DNA of 60,956 nucleotides, the filler included. It is 8 parts of 8 records of this genome, joined end to end, with 100 filler letters (N's around TTAATTAATTAA, not from the genome) between each part and the next. Parts side by side here need not be neighbours in the genome. Positions count along the whole stretch, not along the records: positions 7,665 to 20,784 come from SRR31147125_45196; positions 20,885 to 26,103 come from SRR31147125_45225; 6 more parts are not named here. One strand, written 5' to 3'. The notes under the pieces were generated by a model. The model had not been told where the DNA came from and searched no databases. It saw only the letters and a program-made list of their open reading frames with translations. The position numbers and the translations under genes are program-made. This document shows, in pieces, positions 11,060-22,682 of the stretch; positions within the stretch are counted from its first letter, which is position 1; every line of letters begins with the position of its first letter.

Positions 11060-12892
11060 ATGAAAGAATTTTATAAGTTTTTAAGATATGCCAAGCCCTA
11101 TAAGCTTAGCCTCGTAATTGTTATTGTATTTAATATTATTTCTGCTTTTTTTTCAATATTTCAGATGGGTATGCTCATTCCTTTTTTGGGAATTATTTTT
11201 GAACAAACAGACATGGTTGTTGAAAAACCACAGTTTGAACTTAGTGCGGAATACTTTAAAGAAGGATTTTATTATTTTCTGTCAAAATTTATAGCTAATG
11301 GCGGAGATGGACATGAAGGTAAATTAAAAGCACTACTTATTATTTGTATTATTATCGCCTCCGCATCTTTAATAAAAAATGCCACAAGATTTGTAGCAAG
11401 ATATTTTCTGGCAGGGGTTCGGTTAAATATCGACCGCGATATTCGAAATAAAATTTATAATAAGATACTTAGTTTACATTTAGGTTTTTTCAGTGAATCA
11501 AAGAAAGGTGATATTATGTCCCGCATTTCTAACGATGTAGGCGAAATACAACGTTCAATTCTGCAGTCGTTAATAATGCTTATTCAAGAACCTATCATAA
11601 TTGTATTCACTTTGATAGTTCTTTTTGCCATGAGTGCAAAACTCACATTATTACTGCTTTTATTGCTTCCCATATCAGGATTATTAATTGGCCGATTGGG
11701 TAAGAAATTAAGATCGGCTTCAAAAAAAGGACAGGGACAGATGGGGCTTTTATTATCAAATATTGAAGAGACCCTTTCCGGGTTGAGGATAATAAAAACA
11801 TTTAATGCTGAAAATAGCAGCAAATCAAGGTTTTTAGATACAAATAATAAATACACTTATTTCATGACAAGGGTTGCCCGTAGAAGGGATCTTGCTGCTC
11901 CGCTAAGTGAGTTTTTAGGAACATTGGTAGTTGTTGTTATTGTGATGTATGGTAGTATATTAATTTTTGGTGGTGAAAGTTCCTTAACACCAGATATATT
12001 TATTGGATATGTTGGATTATTTTACAGTATAATAACACCAGCCAAAAATCTTTCAACAATTTCGTACGATATAAAAAAGGGGCTGGCATCTATCGACAGG
12101 GTAAATGAAGTGTTAAAAGTTGAAAATAAAATTATTAATAAATCGAATGCTGTTAATGTTGGTGATTTTAAAGACAGGATTGTATATAATAATGTAAATT
12201 TTAAATACAAAGATCTATATGTCTTGAAAGAAGTAACATTAACCTTAGAAAGAGGCAAAACAATAGCCTTGGTTGGTGAGTCAGGTTCAGGGAAATCTAC
12301 ACTGGCAAATCTCCTTCCGAGACTATATGATGTTGTTGAAGGGGAAATTCTTCTTGATGGAATTAATATTAAAGATTATGATATTACTGATTTAAGAGAA
12401 TTAATCGGTGTTGTTAACCAGGAACCCATTTTATTTAACGATACAATATACAATAACATTGCATTTGGAGTTAAAAACACGAATGAAAAAGATGTTATTG
12501 AAGCCGCAAAAGTGGCCAATGCCCATCAATTTATTTTGGAAACGCCAAATGGTTACCAAACAAATGTTGGAGATAGGGGCAATAAATTATCCGGGGGTCA
12601 AAAACAACGTATAAGTATTGCCAGGGCAATATTAAAGAATCCCCCAATCCTTATCCTTGATGAAGCAACATCTGCCCTCGACTCAGAGTCTGAAAAACTG
12701 GTGCAGGATGCATTGGTGAAATTAATGCAGAACCGCACATCTATTGTAATTGCGCATCGACTATCTACCGTAAAACATGCTGATGAAATTTATGTTTTGC
12801 AGGAAGGGCGGGTAATAGAAAAAGGGAATCATGATAATTTAATGGAACTCGACGGTGCATACCGAAAATTTCATGATTTGCAGATGTTCTAG
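11060..12892 (+). CDS. MsbA-like ABC exporter (fused TMD and NBD)
   Basis: TM domain; Walker A GESGSGKST, LSGGQKQR, ILILDEATS and IAHRLST. Confidence 0.92.
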   Translation: MKEFYKFLRYAKPYKLSLVIVIVFNIISAFFSIFQMGMLIPFLGIIFEQTDMVVEKPQFELSAEYFKEGFYYFLSKFIANGGDGHEGKLKALLIICIIIASASLIKNATRFVARYFLAGVRLNIDRDIRNKIYNKILSLHLGFFSESKKGDIMSRISNDVGEIQRSILQSLIMLIQEPIIIVFTLIVLFAMSAKLTLLLLLLLPISGLLIGRLGKKLRSASKKGQGQMGLLLSNIEETLSGLRIIKTFNAENSSKSRFLDTNNKYTYFMTRVARRRDLAAPLSEFLGTLVVVVIVMYGSILIFGGESSLTPDIFIGYVGLFYSIITPAKNLSTISYDIKKGLASIDRVNEVLKVENKIINKSNAVNVGDFKDRIVYNNVNFKYKDLYVLKEVTLTLERGKTIALVGESGSGKSTLANLLPRLYDVVEGEILLDGINIKDYDITDLRELIGVVNQEPILFNDTIYNNIAFGVKNTNEKDVIEAAKVANAHQFILETPNGYQTNVGDRGNKLSGGQKQRISIARAILKNPPILILDEATSALDSESEKLVQDALVKLMQNRTSIVIAHRLSTVKHADEIYVLQEGRVIEKGNHDNLMELDGAYRKFHDLQMF

Positions 12893-12901
12893 AGAGATAC
12901 A

Positions 12902-13945
12902 ATGAAACAAAATATCCTAGTTTTTGGTAAGTATGATCCTGACTACAATAGAACCAAAACGTTACTTTCTGGTTTGAAAAAACATGGACATGAAATCCAG
13001 GAATTTTCCTATACGAAGAAGAAAAAACCTAAAAAACAGTTGATTAAAAAAGTGTCATCAGAAGTGGACTGGACTTTTTTCCCTTCATTCACACATAATG
13101 ATGTTTTAAAATATGGTAAATTAATAAAATCTCCTATCGTTTTCGATCCATTGGTTTCAAAATACATGACCAAAGTTCTTGACTATAAAAATATTAATAA
13201 ATGGTCGCCAAGAGCCTTTAAAAATTTAATGAAGGATAAGCTTTCTATGAATAAGGCAGATTTTGTGTTGTCTGATACTGAGCAGCATAAAGCTTTCTAT
13301 TGTGACAAATTTAAAATTCCTGAAGAAAAAATAATTGTAGTACCAATTGGTATTAATCAAGAAGAATTTTATCCAATAGAAAAAGAAGAGTCAGGAATAT
13401 TTCATGTTGGATTTTATGGCGGTTTTATCCCTTTGCAAGGAACACAAAATATAATAAAAGCTGCTAATAGACTTAAATCAGAACCAGATATTAAATTTAC
13501 TCTTATTGGTGATGGTTTTCAGTTCGAAAAAGCAAAAGCATTAGCAGAAAACTTAAAACTCAAGAATATTCATTTTAAAGGTTGGGTTCCTTTTAGTGAA
13601 CTAAATAAAGAAATAAATAATTTTGATTTGTGTCTTGGAATATTTGGAGAAACAATAAAAACAGAAAGCGTTATCCCAAATAAGGTATACCATTACGCTG
13701 CTTGCAAAAAGCCTATTTTAACAAAAGAAACTCCTGCAATTCGTGAAATATTTACAGACAATGTTGATATTAAATTATGTGGATCAAATGATTCGGATAT
13801 TGCTGAAAATATTTTACGGTTAAAACGAGATATAAATTTGAGAAAAATGCTTGGAGAGAACTCTAGGGATTTAATGCTAAGGAATTTAACTGATTATAAA
13901 ATTGTTGAAAAATTATTAAATAAACTGGAAATATTAAATGAATAA
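12902..13945 (+). CDS. Glycosyltransferase family 4
   Basis: GT-B fold motifs FYGGFIPLQG and IPNKVYHYAACKKPIL. Confidence 0.8.
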   Translation: MKQNILVFGKYDPDYNRTKTLLSGLKKHGHEIQEFSYTKKKKPKKQLIKKVSSEVDWTFFPSFTHNDVLKYGKLIKSPIVFDPLVSKYMTKVLDYKNINKWSPRAFKNLMKDKLSMNKADFVLSDTEQHKAFYCDKFKIPEEKIIVVPIGINQEEFYPIEKEESGIFHVGFYGGFIPLQGTQNIIKAANRLKSEPDIKFTLIGDGFQFEKAKALAENLKLKNIHFKGWVPFSELNKEINNFDLCLGIFGETIKTESVIPNKVYHYAACKKPILTKETPAIREIFTDNVDIKLCGSNDSDIAENILRLKRDINLRKMLGENSRDLMLRNLTDYKIVEKLLNKLEILNE

Positions 13946-14705
13946 AATAGATATTTCAGTAGTAATAATTACTTATAATGAAGAAAAAAACATTAGGAGG
14001 TGTCTTAAGTCTGTAAAGGAAATTGCAGATGAAATTGTTGTTGTAGATTCATACTCAACGGATAAAACAGAAGAGATTTGTGCTCAATATAGCGCGCGTT
14101 TTATCAAGCATAAATTTGAAGGTCATATCGAGCAGAAAAATTGGGCTGCCACCCAGGCAAAATATGATTACGTGCTTTCCTTAGATGCTGATGAATCGTT
14201 ATCAAATAAATTAAAAGAATCCATCAGAAAAATAAAACTAGACTGGAATGCAGATGGTTATTATATGAACCGAATGACCAACTATTGTGGCAAATGGATT
14301 AAACATTGTGGTTGGTACCCTGACAAAAAGCTCCGGTTGTGGGATAGAAGAAAAGGAAAGTGGGGAGGAGAAAATCCACACGATAAATATGAGATGCAAA
14401 GTACAGCAAAAGTGAGATCACTTGAAGGAGATATTTTACACTATTCTTATTATTCTATTTCCGATCATATTAATCAAGTGCAGAAATTCACAGATATAAG
14501 CGCCAGGATGAAATTTGAGAAAGGAAAAAATATACCTGTCATCATGATCGTTTTGCGTATGTTTTACTCTTTCTTCAAGAAATATTTTGTGAAATTAGGA
14601 TTGTTAGATGGTTATTACGGATTTATAATTAGCGTTCTTTTTGTCTATACAAATTTTTTAAAAGATATAAAACTAAGGGAACTTAATAAAAAAGCAAGGG
14701 GATGA
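13938..14705 (+). CDS. Glycosyltransferase family 2 (WaaE/KdtX-like)
   Basis: ISVVIITYNEE, VVDSYSTD, SLDADE and GLLDGYYG. Confidence 0.9.
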   Translation: MNKIDISVVIITYNEEKNIRRCLKSVKEIADEIVVVDSYSTDKTEEICAQYSARFIKHKFEGHIEQKNWAATQAKYDYVLSLDADESLSNKLKESIRKIKLDWNADGYYMNRMTNYCGKWIKHCGWYPDKKLRLWDRRKGKWGGENPHDKYEMQSTAKVRSLEGDILHYSYYSISDHINQVQKFTDISARMKFEKGKNIPVIMIVLRMFYSFFKKYFVKLGLLDGYYGFIISVLFVYTNFLKDIKLRELNKKARG

Positions 14706-15790
14706 AAGTTTGTTTCTTCAACACAAACCTAGCCTGGGGCGGGGGAGAACGATGGCATTTCGACATGGCCAAAAGTCTCCATCTTAAAAATTATCAGGTT
14801 ACTTTAGTTACACACCCCGTTGGAAGTATAAGACAAGCGGCTAAAGAGGAAAAGTTTTCTCAATTTGTAATTAAGCTTGGTAATCTTAGTTTTTTAAATC
14901 CTTTCAAGATTTTAAGGTTAGTAAACTTATTTAAAAAGATACAGCCAGATATTTTAATTTTAAACCTGCCACGCGATGCCAAAGCTGCTGGGTTAGCAGC
15001 TAAAATTGCAGGTGTAAAACAAATAGTTTATCGTAGGGGAAGTGCAATCCCAATTAAAAATAATCCTGTTAACCGATTTATTTTCAAACATGTTATATCG
15101 CATATAATTGCCAATTCAAAAGAAACAAAACATACAATCCTGAAAAATAATCCCAATTTATTTGATGCGAAAAATATCCATGTAATTTATAATGGAATTG
15201 AATTAGAACCTTTTAATATTTTACCGGAAAAAGAGGATAGCAAAGAGTTTGTCATTGGTAATTTAGGCCGACTTGTGGAACAAAAAGGTCAAATATATTT
15301 AATTGAACTTGCAGAAATTCTAAAAGCAAAAGGTTTTCAATTTAAGATAATTATTGGTGGAGATGGTGCATTACACGAAAAGTTAATCGCACAAGCAAAA
15401 TCAAAAAATGTAGAAGATTTTATTGAGTTTGAAGGGTTCGTCAACGATATTCCCCAATTTATGAATAAGCTCGATGTTTTTGTTTTGCCCTCTTTGTGGG
15501 AGGGGTTTGGTTATGTTATAGTTGAGGCTATGGCAGCTAAATTGCCAGTTGTGGCATTTAATGTTAGTAGTAATCCGGAATTGATCAGGGATGGGGTAAA
15601 CGGTTATTTAACCGGATGTAAAAATATTTCTGAACTAGCAGAAAAAGTAGAATTACTATATACGGATAAATTGCTTAGAAATAAAATGGGCGAACAGGGC
15701 CGTGAAATTGTGTTTGAAAAATTCACCAACCAAATTGCTTTAGACAACCTTGAGAAGTTATTAAAGCAAATTTGTCCGAATCTTAATTAG
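14702..15790 (+). CDS. Glycosyltransferase family 4
   Basis: WGGGERW, GRLVEQKG and PSLWEGFGYVIVEAMA (EX7E). Confidence 0.9.
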   Translation: MKVCFFNTNLAWGGGERWHFDMAKSLHLKNYQVTLVTHPVGSIRQAAKEEKFSQFVIKLGNLSFLNPFKILRLVNLFKKIQPDILILNLPRDAKAAGLAAKIAGVKQIVYRRGSAIPIKNNPVNRFIFKHVISHIIANSKETKHTILKNNPNLFDAKNIHVIYNGIELEPFNILPEKEDSKEFVIGNLGRLVEQKGQIYLIELAEILKAKGFQFKIIIGGDGALHEKLIAQAKSKNVEDFIEFEGFVNDIPQFMNKLDVFVLPSLWEGFGYVIVEAMAAKLPVVAFNVSSNPELIRDGVNGYLTGCKNISELAEKVELLYTDKLLRNKMGEQGREIVFEKFTNQIALDNLEKLLKQICPNLN

Positions 15791-15802
15791 AATACACTGT
15801 TT

Positions 15803-17071
15803 TTATTTTCTAAAACTGCTAGCCGCAACAAGAACATCATCACCAGTTGGTTCCTGGAATATTCTTAAACCGAATTCCGGGATTACAGCCAATAAATGAT
15901 CAAAGATATCTGCTTGTATGGCTTCGTAATTGGCCCAGACTTTATCGTTGCTAAATACATATATCTCTAGCGGCATACCTTTCTCTGTTGGTTGAAGCTG
16001 GCGCACGAGGAATGTCATGCTATCATGAATTTTTGGATGATTTTTTAAATAGAACTCACAATATTTCCTAAATGTGCCCAGGTTTGTAATCCGTCGGCCA
16101 TTTGCCATAGCTGCTAAATCTATATTGTGTTCTTTGTTGAATTTATCAATCTCTTCGCGTTTTTTATCAATGTAATCGCTCAGATATTGTATTTTTTTAA
16201 ATTTTGAAATCATTTCTTCATCACAAAACTTCACGCTTTTCATATCAATGTTGATATGCCTTTTTATGCGCCTGCCACCTGATTCCTGCATTCCACGCCA
16301 GTTAACAAACGAATCTGACACTAATGCATAAGTTGGGATTGTGCTTATTGTTTTATCCCAGTTCTGCACTTTAACCGTGTGCAAGCTAATTTCGGTTACA
16401 TCTCCATCGGCACCATATTTGGGCATTTCAATCCAATCCCCAATTCGTACCATATCGTTGCCGGATAACTGCACTCCTGCAACCAAACCCAATATCGTAT
16501 CTTTGAAAATTAACAGTAACACAGCGGCCAATGCTCCTAAACCCGCAATGAGGGTTCCCATTTCTTTTTCGAAAAGAAGGCCATAAGCATATAATATTGC
16601 TATAAAATATACAAGGATTTTAACTACCTGGATGTATCCCTTTATGGGCTTATCTTTGGATGATGGCAGTGTCCTGTAAATACTATGCATGGCATTGGCA
16701 AAAGAATCGAAAACACGAAGGGCTACAAATATCATGTAGACATAAATTATTTTTTGGATTCCTTCAATCCATGCCGGGTAATCGGCCAAAGCATATTCAA
16801 TTGTATAATGAATTACCAATGCAGGGGCAAAATGCGAAAGCCTGTTAAACACCTTTTTCTCAAGAAATATATCGTCCCACGTTGTTTTGCTCCTTTTAAC
16901 AATTATTGAAATCGTTCGCAGTATAATCTGTTTGGTTACGATATCGGAAATAAATGCCAAAAAAACAATAATGGCAAGTGTAAATGCAGCATTTAGAAAA
17001 ATTGTAAGCTGGTCGCCTAAACCTAAATTTATAAGCAAATCCTTAATGTTGAAAAACGATTTGATATTCAT
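15803..17071 (-). CDS. MscS-family mechanosensitive channel (YbdG-like)
   Basis: GDWIEMPKYGADGDV, VQNWDKTI, NWRGMQESGGRRIKR and YEAIQADIFDH. Confidence 0.92.
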   Translation of the reverse strand: MNIKSFFNIKDLLINLGLGDQLTIFLNAAFTLAIIVFLAFISDIVTKQIILRTISIIVKRSKTTWDDIFLEKKVFNRLSHFAPALVIHYTIEYALADYPAWIEGIQKIIYVYMIFVALRVFDSFANAMHSIYRTLPSSKDKPIKGYIQVVKILVYFIAILYAYGLLFEKEMGTLIAGLGALAAVLLLIFKDTILGLVAGVQLSGNDMVRIGDWIEMPKYGADGDVTEISLHTVKVQNWDKTISTIPTYALVSDSFVNWRGMQESGGRRIKRHINIDMKSVKFCDEEMISKFKKIQYLSDYIDKKREEIDKFNKEHNIDLAAMANGRRITNLGTFRKYCEFYLKNHPKIHDSMTFLVRQLQPTEKGMPLEIYVFSNDKVWANYEAIQADIFDHLLAVIPEFGLRIFQEPTGDDVLVAASSFRK

Positions 17072-17127
17072 GGGTAATTAATTTTGAGCCGAATATAAAT
17101 AAAGATATGCACTATTAAAAAGGCAAT

Positions 17128-18219
17128 TTAATGCAATTGAAAATTTTGGAATTCAATCTTAAGTTGAATGTACTCTTTGTGTTCGTTATCAATAAAATTA
17201 GATACAGATAAACCAAGAAGACGAACGGGTTTACTTAAAATATTTTCATGATTTATTAATTCGTGTGCAATAGCAAAGAAATCATCTTTATCGATTATCG
17301 GATGAATTTCCGTTTTGCTTCGTGTTATCTGTTCAAAATCGTGATATTTTATTTTTAGTGTAAGCGTCCTTCCACGTATGATCCGCTGTTTTATTTTGAG
17401 AAATAGTTCTTCTGCAATTTCATTTAATTTTAGGATTATTTCATCCTTATTTTTAATGTCGTTTTCAAACGTAATTTCACGGCCAAAAGATTTTCTGATT
17501 CGGTTCGGATTGACCGGTCTATTATCTACGCCTCTCGCTATACCGTAGAAATATCCACCTACTTTTCCAAAATGCTGTACCAGAAATGCTAAACTTTGTT
17601 TTTTAAGATCGTGGCCAAACAAAATGCCCATTTTTCTCATCTTCTCTGCCGTTTTCTTGCCAACACCAAAGAATTTTTCAATGGGCAATTTCTCTATAAA
17701 TTCTTCTGCTTTTTCCGGTGTAATAACATACAGCCCATCTGGTTTATCAACATCTGAGGCGGTTTTTGCCAGGAATTTGTTTATGGATACCCCGGCAGAA
17801 GCTACAAGTTTTGTTTTTTCTTTGATACGCTGTTTTATCTCTTTTGCAATAAGCGTTGCTGATGGATTATTTTTGTTGTTTTCGGTAACATCAAGAAATG
17901 CTTCATCAAGAGATAGTGGTTCCACCAAAGGTGTGTATTCGAGAAATATGTCCATGATTTCTTTAGAAACTGCCTTGTACACATCGAACCTGGGGCGGAC
18001 AAAAATTAAATCTTTACATCGGGCCCTGGCAATTTTTGAAGCCAATGCAGAATGTACTCCATATTTCCGTGCTTCGTAACTGGCGGCGGCAACAACGCCA
18101 CGGTTTCCGGAGCCTCCAACGGCAACAGGTTTTCCTCTTAGTTTGTGGTTGTCGCGTTGCTCAATAGACGCATAAAACGCATCCATGTCAATATGAATTA
18201 TTTTTCGCAACTCTTCCAA
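17128..18219 (-). CDS. dinB: DNA polymerase IV (Y family)
   Basis: IIHIDMDAFYAS, AASYEARKYG, SLDEAFLD and NKFLAK..SD..KPDG. Confidence 0.95.
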   Translation of the reverse strand: MEELRKIIHIDMDAFYASIEQRDNHKLRGKPVAVGGSGNRGVVAAASYEARKYGVHSALASKIARARCKDLIFVRPRFDVYKAVSKEIMDIFLEYTPLVEPLSLDEAFLDVTENNKNNPSATLIAKEIKQRIKEKTKLVASAGVSINKFLAKTASDVDKPDGLYVITPEKAEEFIEKLPIEKFFGVGKKTAEKMRKMGILFGHDLKKQSLAFLVQHFGKVGGYFYGIARGVDNRPVNPNRIRKSFGREITFENDIKNKDEIILKLNEIAEELFLKIKQRIIRGRTLTLKIKYHDFEQITRSKTEIHPIIDKDDFFAIAHELINHENILSKPVRLLGLSVSNFIDNEHKEYIQLKIEFQNFQLH

Positions 18220-18360
18220 ACTCGTTCAAATTTTAGTTAAACTTTTACCCCTCTAAACTGATGCAAGGTATATGGTTTTGAATAATTTTCATGAATAGCA
18301 TGAAACAAAACAACAACAAATTCTATTTTTTTCAGTAATTTAATAGTAGAAAAAAATCAG

Positions 18361-20784
18361 ATGATGGATTCTTTCCTTGATAAAAAGCCCTGGTTTTTAA
18401 TTACTGCTGTTACATTGATTTGTGCATTTACCTCTGCTATTGTAGCTGGTTTAGCAGCATGGTGGGCATTCCACGAATTTTCCTGGTTGGTTTTAACAAT
18501 ATTTTTTCTTCTCCCAGTGTTTGTGTGTTCTTTAATAGCAACTCCAATAATTGGCCTGATAAATAAATACCGCTATGAGCGAGACAATAAGAAAAATATT
18601 TTGGAACTGCTTCATAATGTTGAAGATATGTTCTTTTGGGCAGATGAAAATGGCAAATTGTTGTTTGTCAATGAAACCATGGTAAATAAACTTGGATATT
18701 CAAAAGAAGAACTATTAAAAAAGAATTTAATCAATATTCATCCTGAAACGGAGCATGAGAAAATAAATGAAAGTATAGGGATTCTTCTGGAAAATAAACA
18801 ATATTCATGCAGAACATTTTTGTTAAGAAACGACAAAACAGCTATTCCTGTTGAGACTTCGGCAAAAATGCTTCAGTGGAATAACATGTCTGTTGCGGTG
18901 TGCTTAAGCCGCGATATAACAGACCAACAGCGTATCATAAATAAGCTTAAAGATAGTGAGATACGTTTTAGGGAATTCGCTGAATTGATGCCCGAACTTG
19001 TTTTCGAAACAGATGAAAATGGCAATTTAACTTTTGCAAATAAAAATGTGATCAGGAAATTAGGTTACGAGAATGAGGATTTAACAGGCTGGTTTAATTT
19101 GTCAGATTTATTGGTCGCAGATGAAAGGGAAAAGTTAAAACAGATAATTGGGCAACCTAATTTTAAAGAAGTTGAAACAGCCCAGGAATTTACAGCTATT
19201 CGAAAAGATAAATCTACATTCCCATCTTTAATCGTTCTAACCCCAATCTTAAGAAATGATAAGGTTACGGGTTTCAGGGGATTAATGATTGATATAACCG
19301 ACAGGAAAAATAAAGAGATTAAACTGTTAAACACATTAAATTTTGTTAATAATCTCGTCGAGAATTTACCGCTTGGTATGTTAATTTTCAATTCAAATGG
19401 TGAATGTGTTTCCAGTAACAAGAATGCCGGAAATATTCTTGAAATAAAGCACGAGGAATTGCAAGGGAAAAAATTAACAGAACTCGAAGATTCCTTTAAC
19501 GGCTTATCAGAAATAGTAAATCTATGCACGACTACAAAAACTGTTGCATCTAAAAAAATAGAGATAAAACGAGAGTTTGAAGATGAAAACATCTGGCTCG
19601 ATTGTACGGCTGTCCCAAATGCTAAAGACGAAAATCAAAATGTAATATTAATTATAAATGATATTACCCAACGTGTGGAGTACGAACAGGAATTGAAAAA
19701 TTTAAACCTTGAAATATCTACGCAGAATGTTGGCTATTTGGCACAAAATAAAGAGATTACACAAATTAATGAACTCCTTAAAGAGAACCAGGATAATTTG
19801 GCACGAAAAACATCAGAACTTGAATTGTTGCTCAACAATATAAAAATTCAAATTTGGTATTTGAGAAATCCTTACGAATATGGTATTGTGAACCAGGCAC
19901 ACGCAGATTTTCTCGGAAAAGAAATCGAAGAGGTTTCATACAAACCAATTGCTGAAGTTCTTGATTCTGAAATTCTTGGAGATACAATTAAGAATAGCGT
20001 CAATGTCTATAAAAATAAAACCACTTTATTTAGAGAGATTTGGACATTAGATGGGAAAGGTGATAGAAAATTGTTGTCCGTAATGTATACCCCAAGTATT
20101 AACGACACAGGCGAAGTTGATTTTATTGTGTGTTCTGCTGTTGATATAACCATTGAAAGACTTGCCGAAGAAAAAATTAAAAACCTGTTGCACCAGGAAT
20201 ACATCTCCAATGTTTCTAATTTATTTAACTCATTAAAGGATAGCAATACAATAATAAACGATGCAATTGCACTTACAGGAAAAGTAACCAGGGCAAGCAG
20301 GGTGTACGTTTTTGAAAAGATTGGGGATGAGGCTGATGAATTTAAATTATACGAATGGCTAAAAGACGATACAACTTCTCATTCTGATGGGAAGAAGAAA
20401 ATCCCTTATATCAACTTCAGTTATTTACGAGAATTTATAGCTCAAAACGGCAGTATACTATCAAATAATACAAATTCTTTTAAGAGCGAACTAAATAAGT
20501 GCTACAAAGAAAGAAATGTAAAATCCGTTATCGTTTTTCCGATTCGTGTTAACGATACATTCTATGGTATTATTGGGATTGATGAATGCGAAAAGGCCAG
20601 GGCTTGGGAAAAGCTGGAGATAGAGTTGCTACGAACATTGTCAAGCCTTCTTGGAAACTATTTTGCAAAACAAGAAGTACTAAAACAATTAAAACTTAGC
20701 GAACAATCAATACTTGAAGCCAAAGATTCCGCAGAGAAAGCAAATGCATTAAAAAGTGAATTTCTGGCCAATATGAGTCACGAA
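18361..20784 (+). CDS. Membrane-anchored multi-PAS plus GAF sensor histidine kinase (3' truncated at the H-box)
   Basis: Two N-terminal TM helices, about four PAS/PAC repeats (RDIT, IDIT, NDIT, VDIT), a GAF-like segment, ending KSEFLANMSHE at the contig end. Confidence 0.88.
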
Positions 20785-20884
20785 NNNNNNNNNNNNNNNN
20801 NNNNNNNNNNNNNNNNNNNNNNNNNNNNTTAATTAATTAANNNNNNNNNNNNNNNNNNNNNNNNNNNNNNNNNNNNNNNNNNNN
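20785..20884. other. Artificial contig linker
   Basis: N-run, TTAATTAATTAA, N-run. Confidence 0.98.
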
Positions 20885-21302
20885 CCCGGATCCATATCTT
20901 AGTACGAATCAAAGTTCAGATGGTACTTATGTCGGTCATACTTCTCATAGCATTTATTTTGAAGTTTTGGCTCAACAAGGATTTCCGGGTTTAATTTTTT
21001 ATTTGGCTCCAATTATATCAGTACTGATGTCTATTAGATTCCTTGATATCAAATTAAAATCTATCGCGAATTCGGAATGGATTCACTATTATAGTCGTGG
21101 TTATTTCATCAGTATTATTGGTTTTTTAGTTTGTGGTGCATTTATTTCCCGAGCATTTTTTGAACTGTTTTGGACTGTTTTTGCAGGTGCCGTGAGTTTA
21201 AAAACCATTGTGTTATCCGGAAATTGGATTGAAGGTATTGATGAAACTTTTATTGATCCTGTAAAAAGTGCAAAAAAACATAATTTTGTAGATCTAAAAT
21301 GA
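20885..21302 (+). CDS. 3' end of O-antigen ligase-like protein (exosortase/PEP-CTERM EPS-associated type)
   Basis: In-frame GHTSHSIYFEVLAQQGFPG upstream of the ORF-track start, and GAFISRAFFE. Confidence 0.7.
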
Positions 21303-21438
21303 AACAAGGTTTTATCTGGTGAATAGGTTTTGCAGAATCCCGAAATTAAATAATATTAAATTTTAATTATCTGCTACGAAAAGGCTATTAGTATATATCT
21401 AATTAAATTTATTTAAGTTGAGATGAAAAGGTTGATTT

Positions 21439-22650
21439 ATGGGAATTTCATACTTCCTTTTAATAGCAATGCTTGGTATCAATACCACCATCTTTAGTCA
21501 GCAGCCTGATACTAAAAAACAACTTTTGAAACAGGCCATCAAAGTAAGTTCTGAAGCGAAATACAAAAATCCCAGTGAAGCAGCACTCATTGCAAAAGAT
21601 GGCGACATTATTGAAATAGCGGCTGAATCATACGCTGGCGATGTCGCTGTCTGGCGTCAGAATAATTTAACGATTAAAGGTATAAATGGCAGGGCTCATG
21701 TGGAGGTGAATGGTCAACACGCTGAGGGTAAGGCTATTTGGGTTATTAAAGGCAATAACACCATGATCGAAAACATCGAGTTTTCCGGAGCCACTGTGCC
21801 GGATGGTAATGGTGCCGGAATCCGACAGGAGGGAAGCGGTCTTGTTCTTCGAAACTGTTATTTTCATGATAATGAAAATGGCATTTTAGCAGGTGAGAAT
21901 CCAACAAGCGACATCGTCATTGAAAATTGTGAATTTGCATACAATGGCGCGGGAGATGGATTAACACATAATATGTATATCGGAAATATAAAAAGCTTTA
22001 CCTTAAAATTTAGTTACAGTCATCACGCAAAAGTGGGACATAATGTGAAAAGTCGTGCAGCGGTGAATTATATCCTTTATAATCGAATCATGGATGAACA
22101 GAGTGGTAACTCGAGTTATGCTATTGATTTACCAAATGGAGGTGTGAGTTATATTATCGGGAATGTTGTTCAGCAAGGTGTCAATACGGATAATTTTCAT
22201 GTTATATGTTATGCTGCTGAAGGATTAGTTTATAAACAGAATCAGTTCTATGTATTAAACAACACCATTGTAAACGATAGTGAAGCGGGAATATTTATTA
22301 AAGTAGAACCTGATGTAGATATGGTTCGCGTTATAAATAATATTTTTTATGGCCCGGGAACTATACTAGCTGGATCTGGTGTTGTTGAAAATAATTTAAC
22401 TATTGAAAAGCAAGCAGTTATGGGATTTCAATTTAAGGATCCAGGATTTGTTAATCCCAAAAATTATGATTATAGACTCAAATCAACATCAGCTGCTATT
22501 AATAAAGGAATTGATATAGGTTCCGTTAAGGATTTTGATCTGAATCCGGTAGGAGAATATGTGCATTTAGCAAAAGGGCAAAAACGGTTATCATTTGAGA
22601 CTATAGATATTGGGGCATATGAGTATGTACCAGGTACCTTAAACAGATGA
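21439..22650 (+). CDS. Secreted right-handed parallel beta-helix protein
   Basis: Signal-like N-terminus, beta-helix repeats (ENIEFSGA..DGNGAGIR, FHDNENGIL, HNMYIG, GHNVKSRA) and C-terminal DIGAYEY. Confidence 0.8.
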   Translation: MGISYFLLIAMLGINTTIFSQQPDTKKQLLKQAIKVSSEAKYKNPSEAALIAKDGDIIEIAAESYAGDVAVWRQNNLTIKGINGRAHVEVNGQHAEGKAIWVIKGNNTMIENIEFSGATVPDGNGAGIRQEGSGLVLRNCYFHDNENGILAGENPTSDIVIENCEFAYNGAGDGLTHNMYIGNIKSFTLKFSYSHHAKVGHNVKSRAAVNYILYNRIMDEQSGNSSYAIDLPNGGVSYIIGNVVQQGVNTDNFHVICYAAEGLVYKQNQFYVLNNTIVNDSEAGIFIKVEPDVDMVRVINNIFYGPGTILAGSGVVENNLTIEKQAVMGFQFKDPGFVNPKNYDYRLKSTSAAINKGIDIGSVKDFDLNPVGEYVHLAKGQKRLSFETIDIGAYEYVPGTLNR

Positions 22651-22682
22651 ATTTTTTTGTGAAATTAAAGTGAAGAAATTTT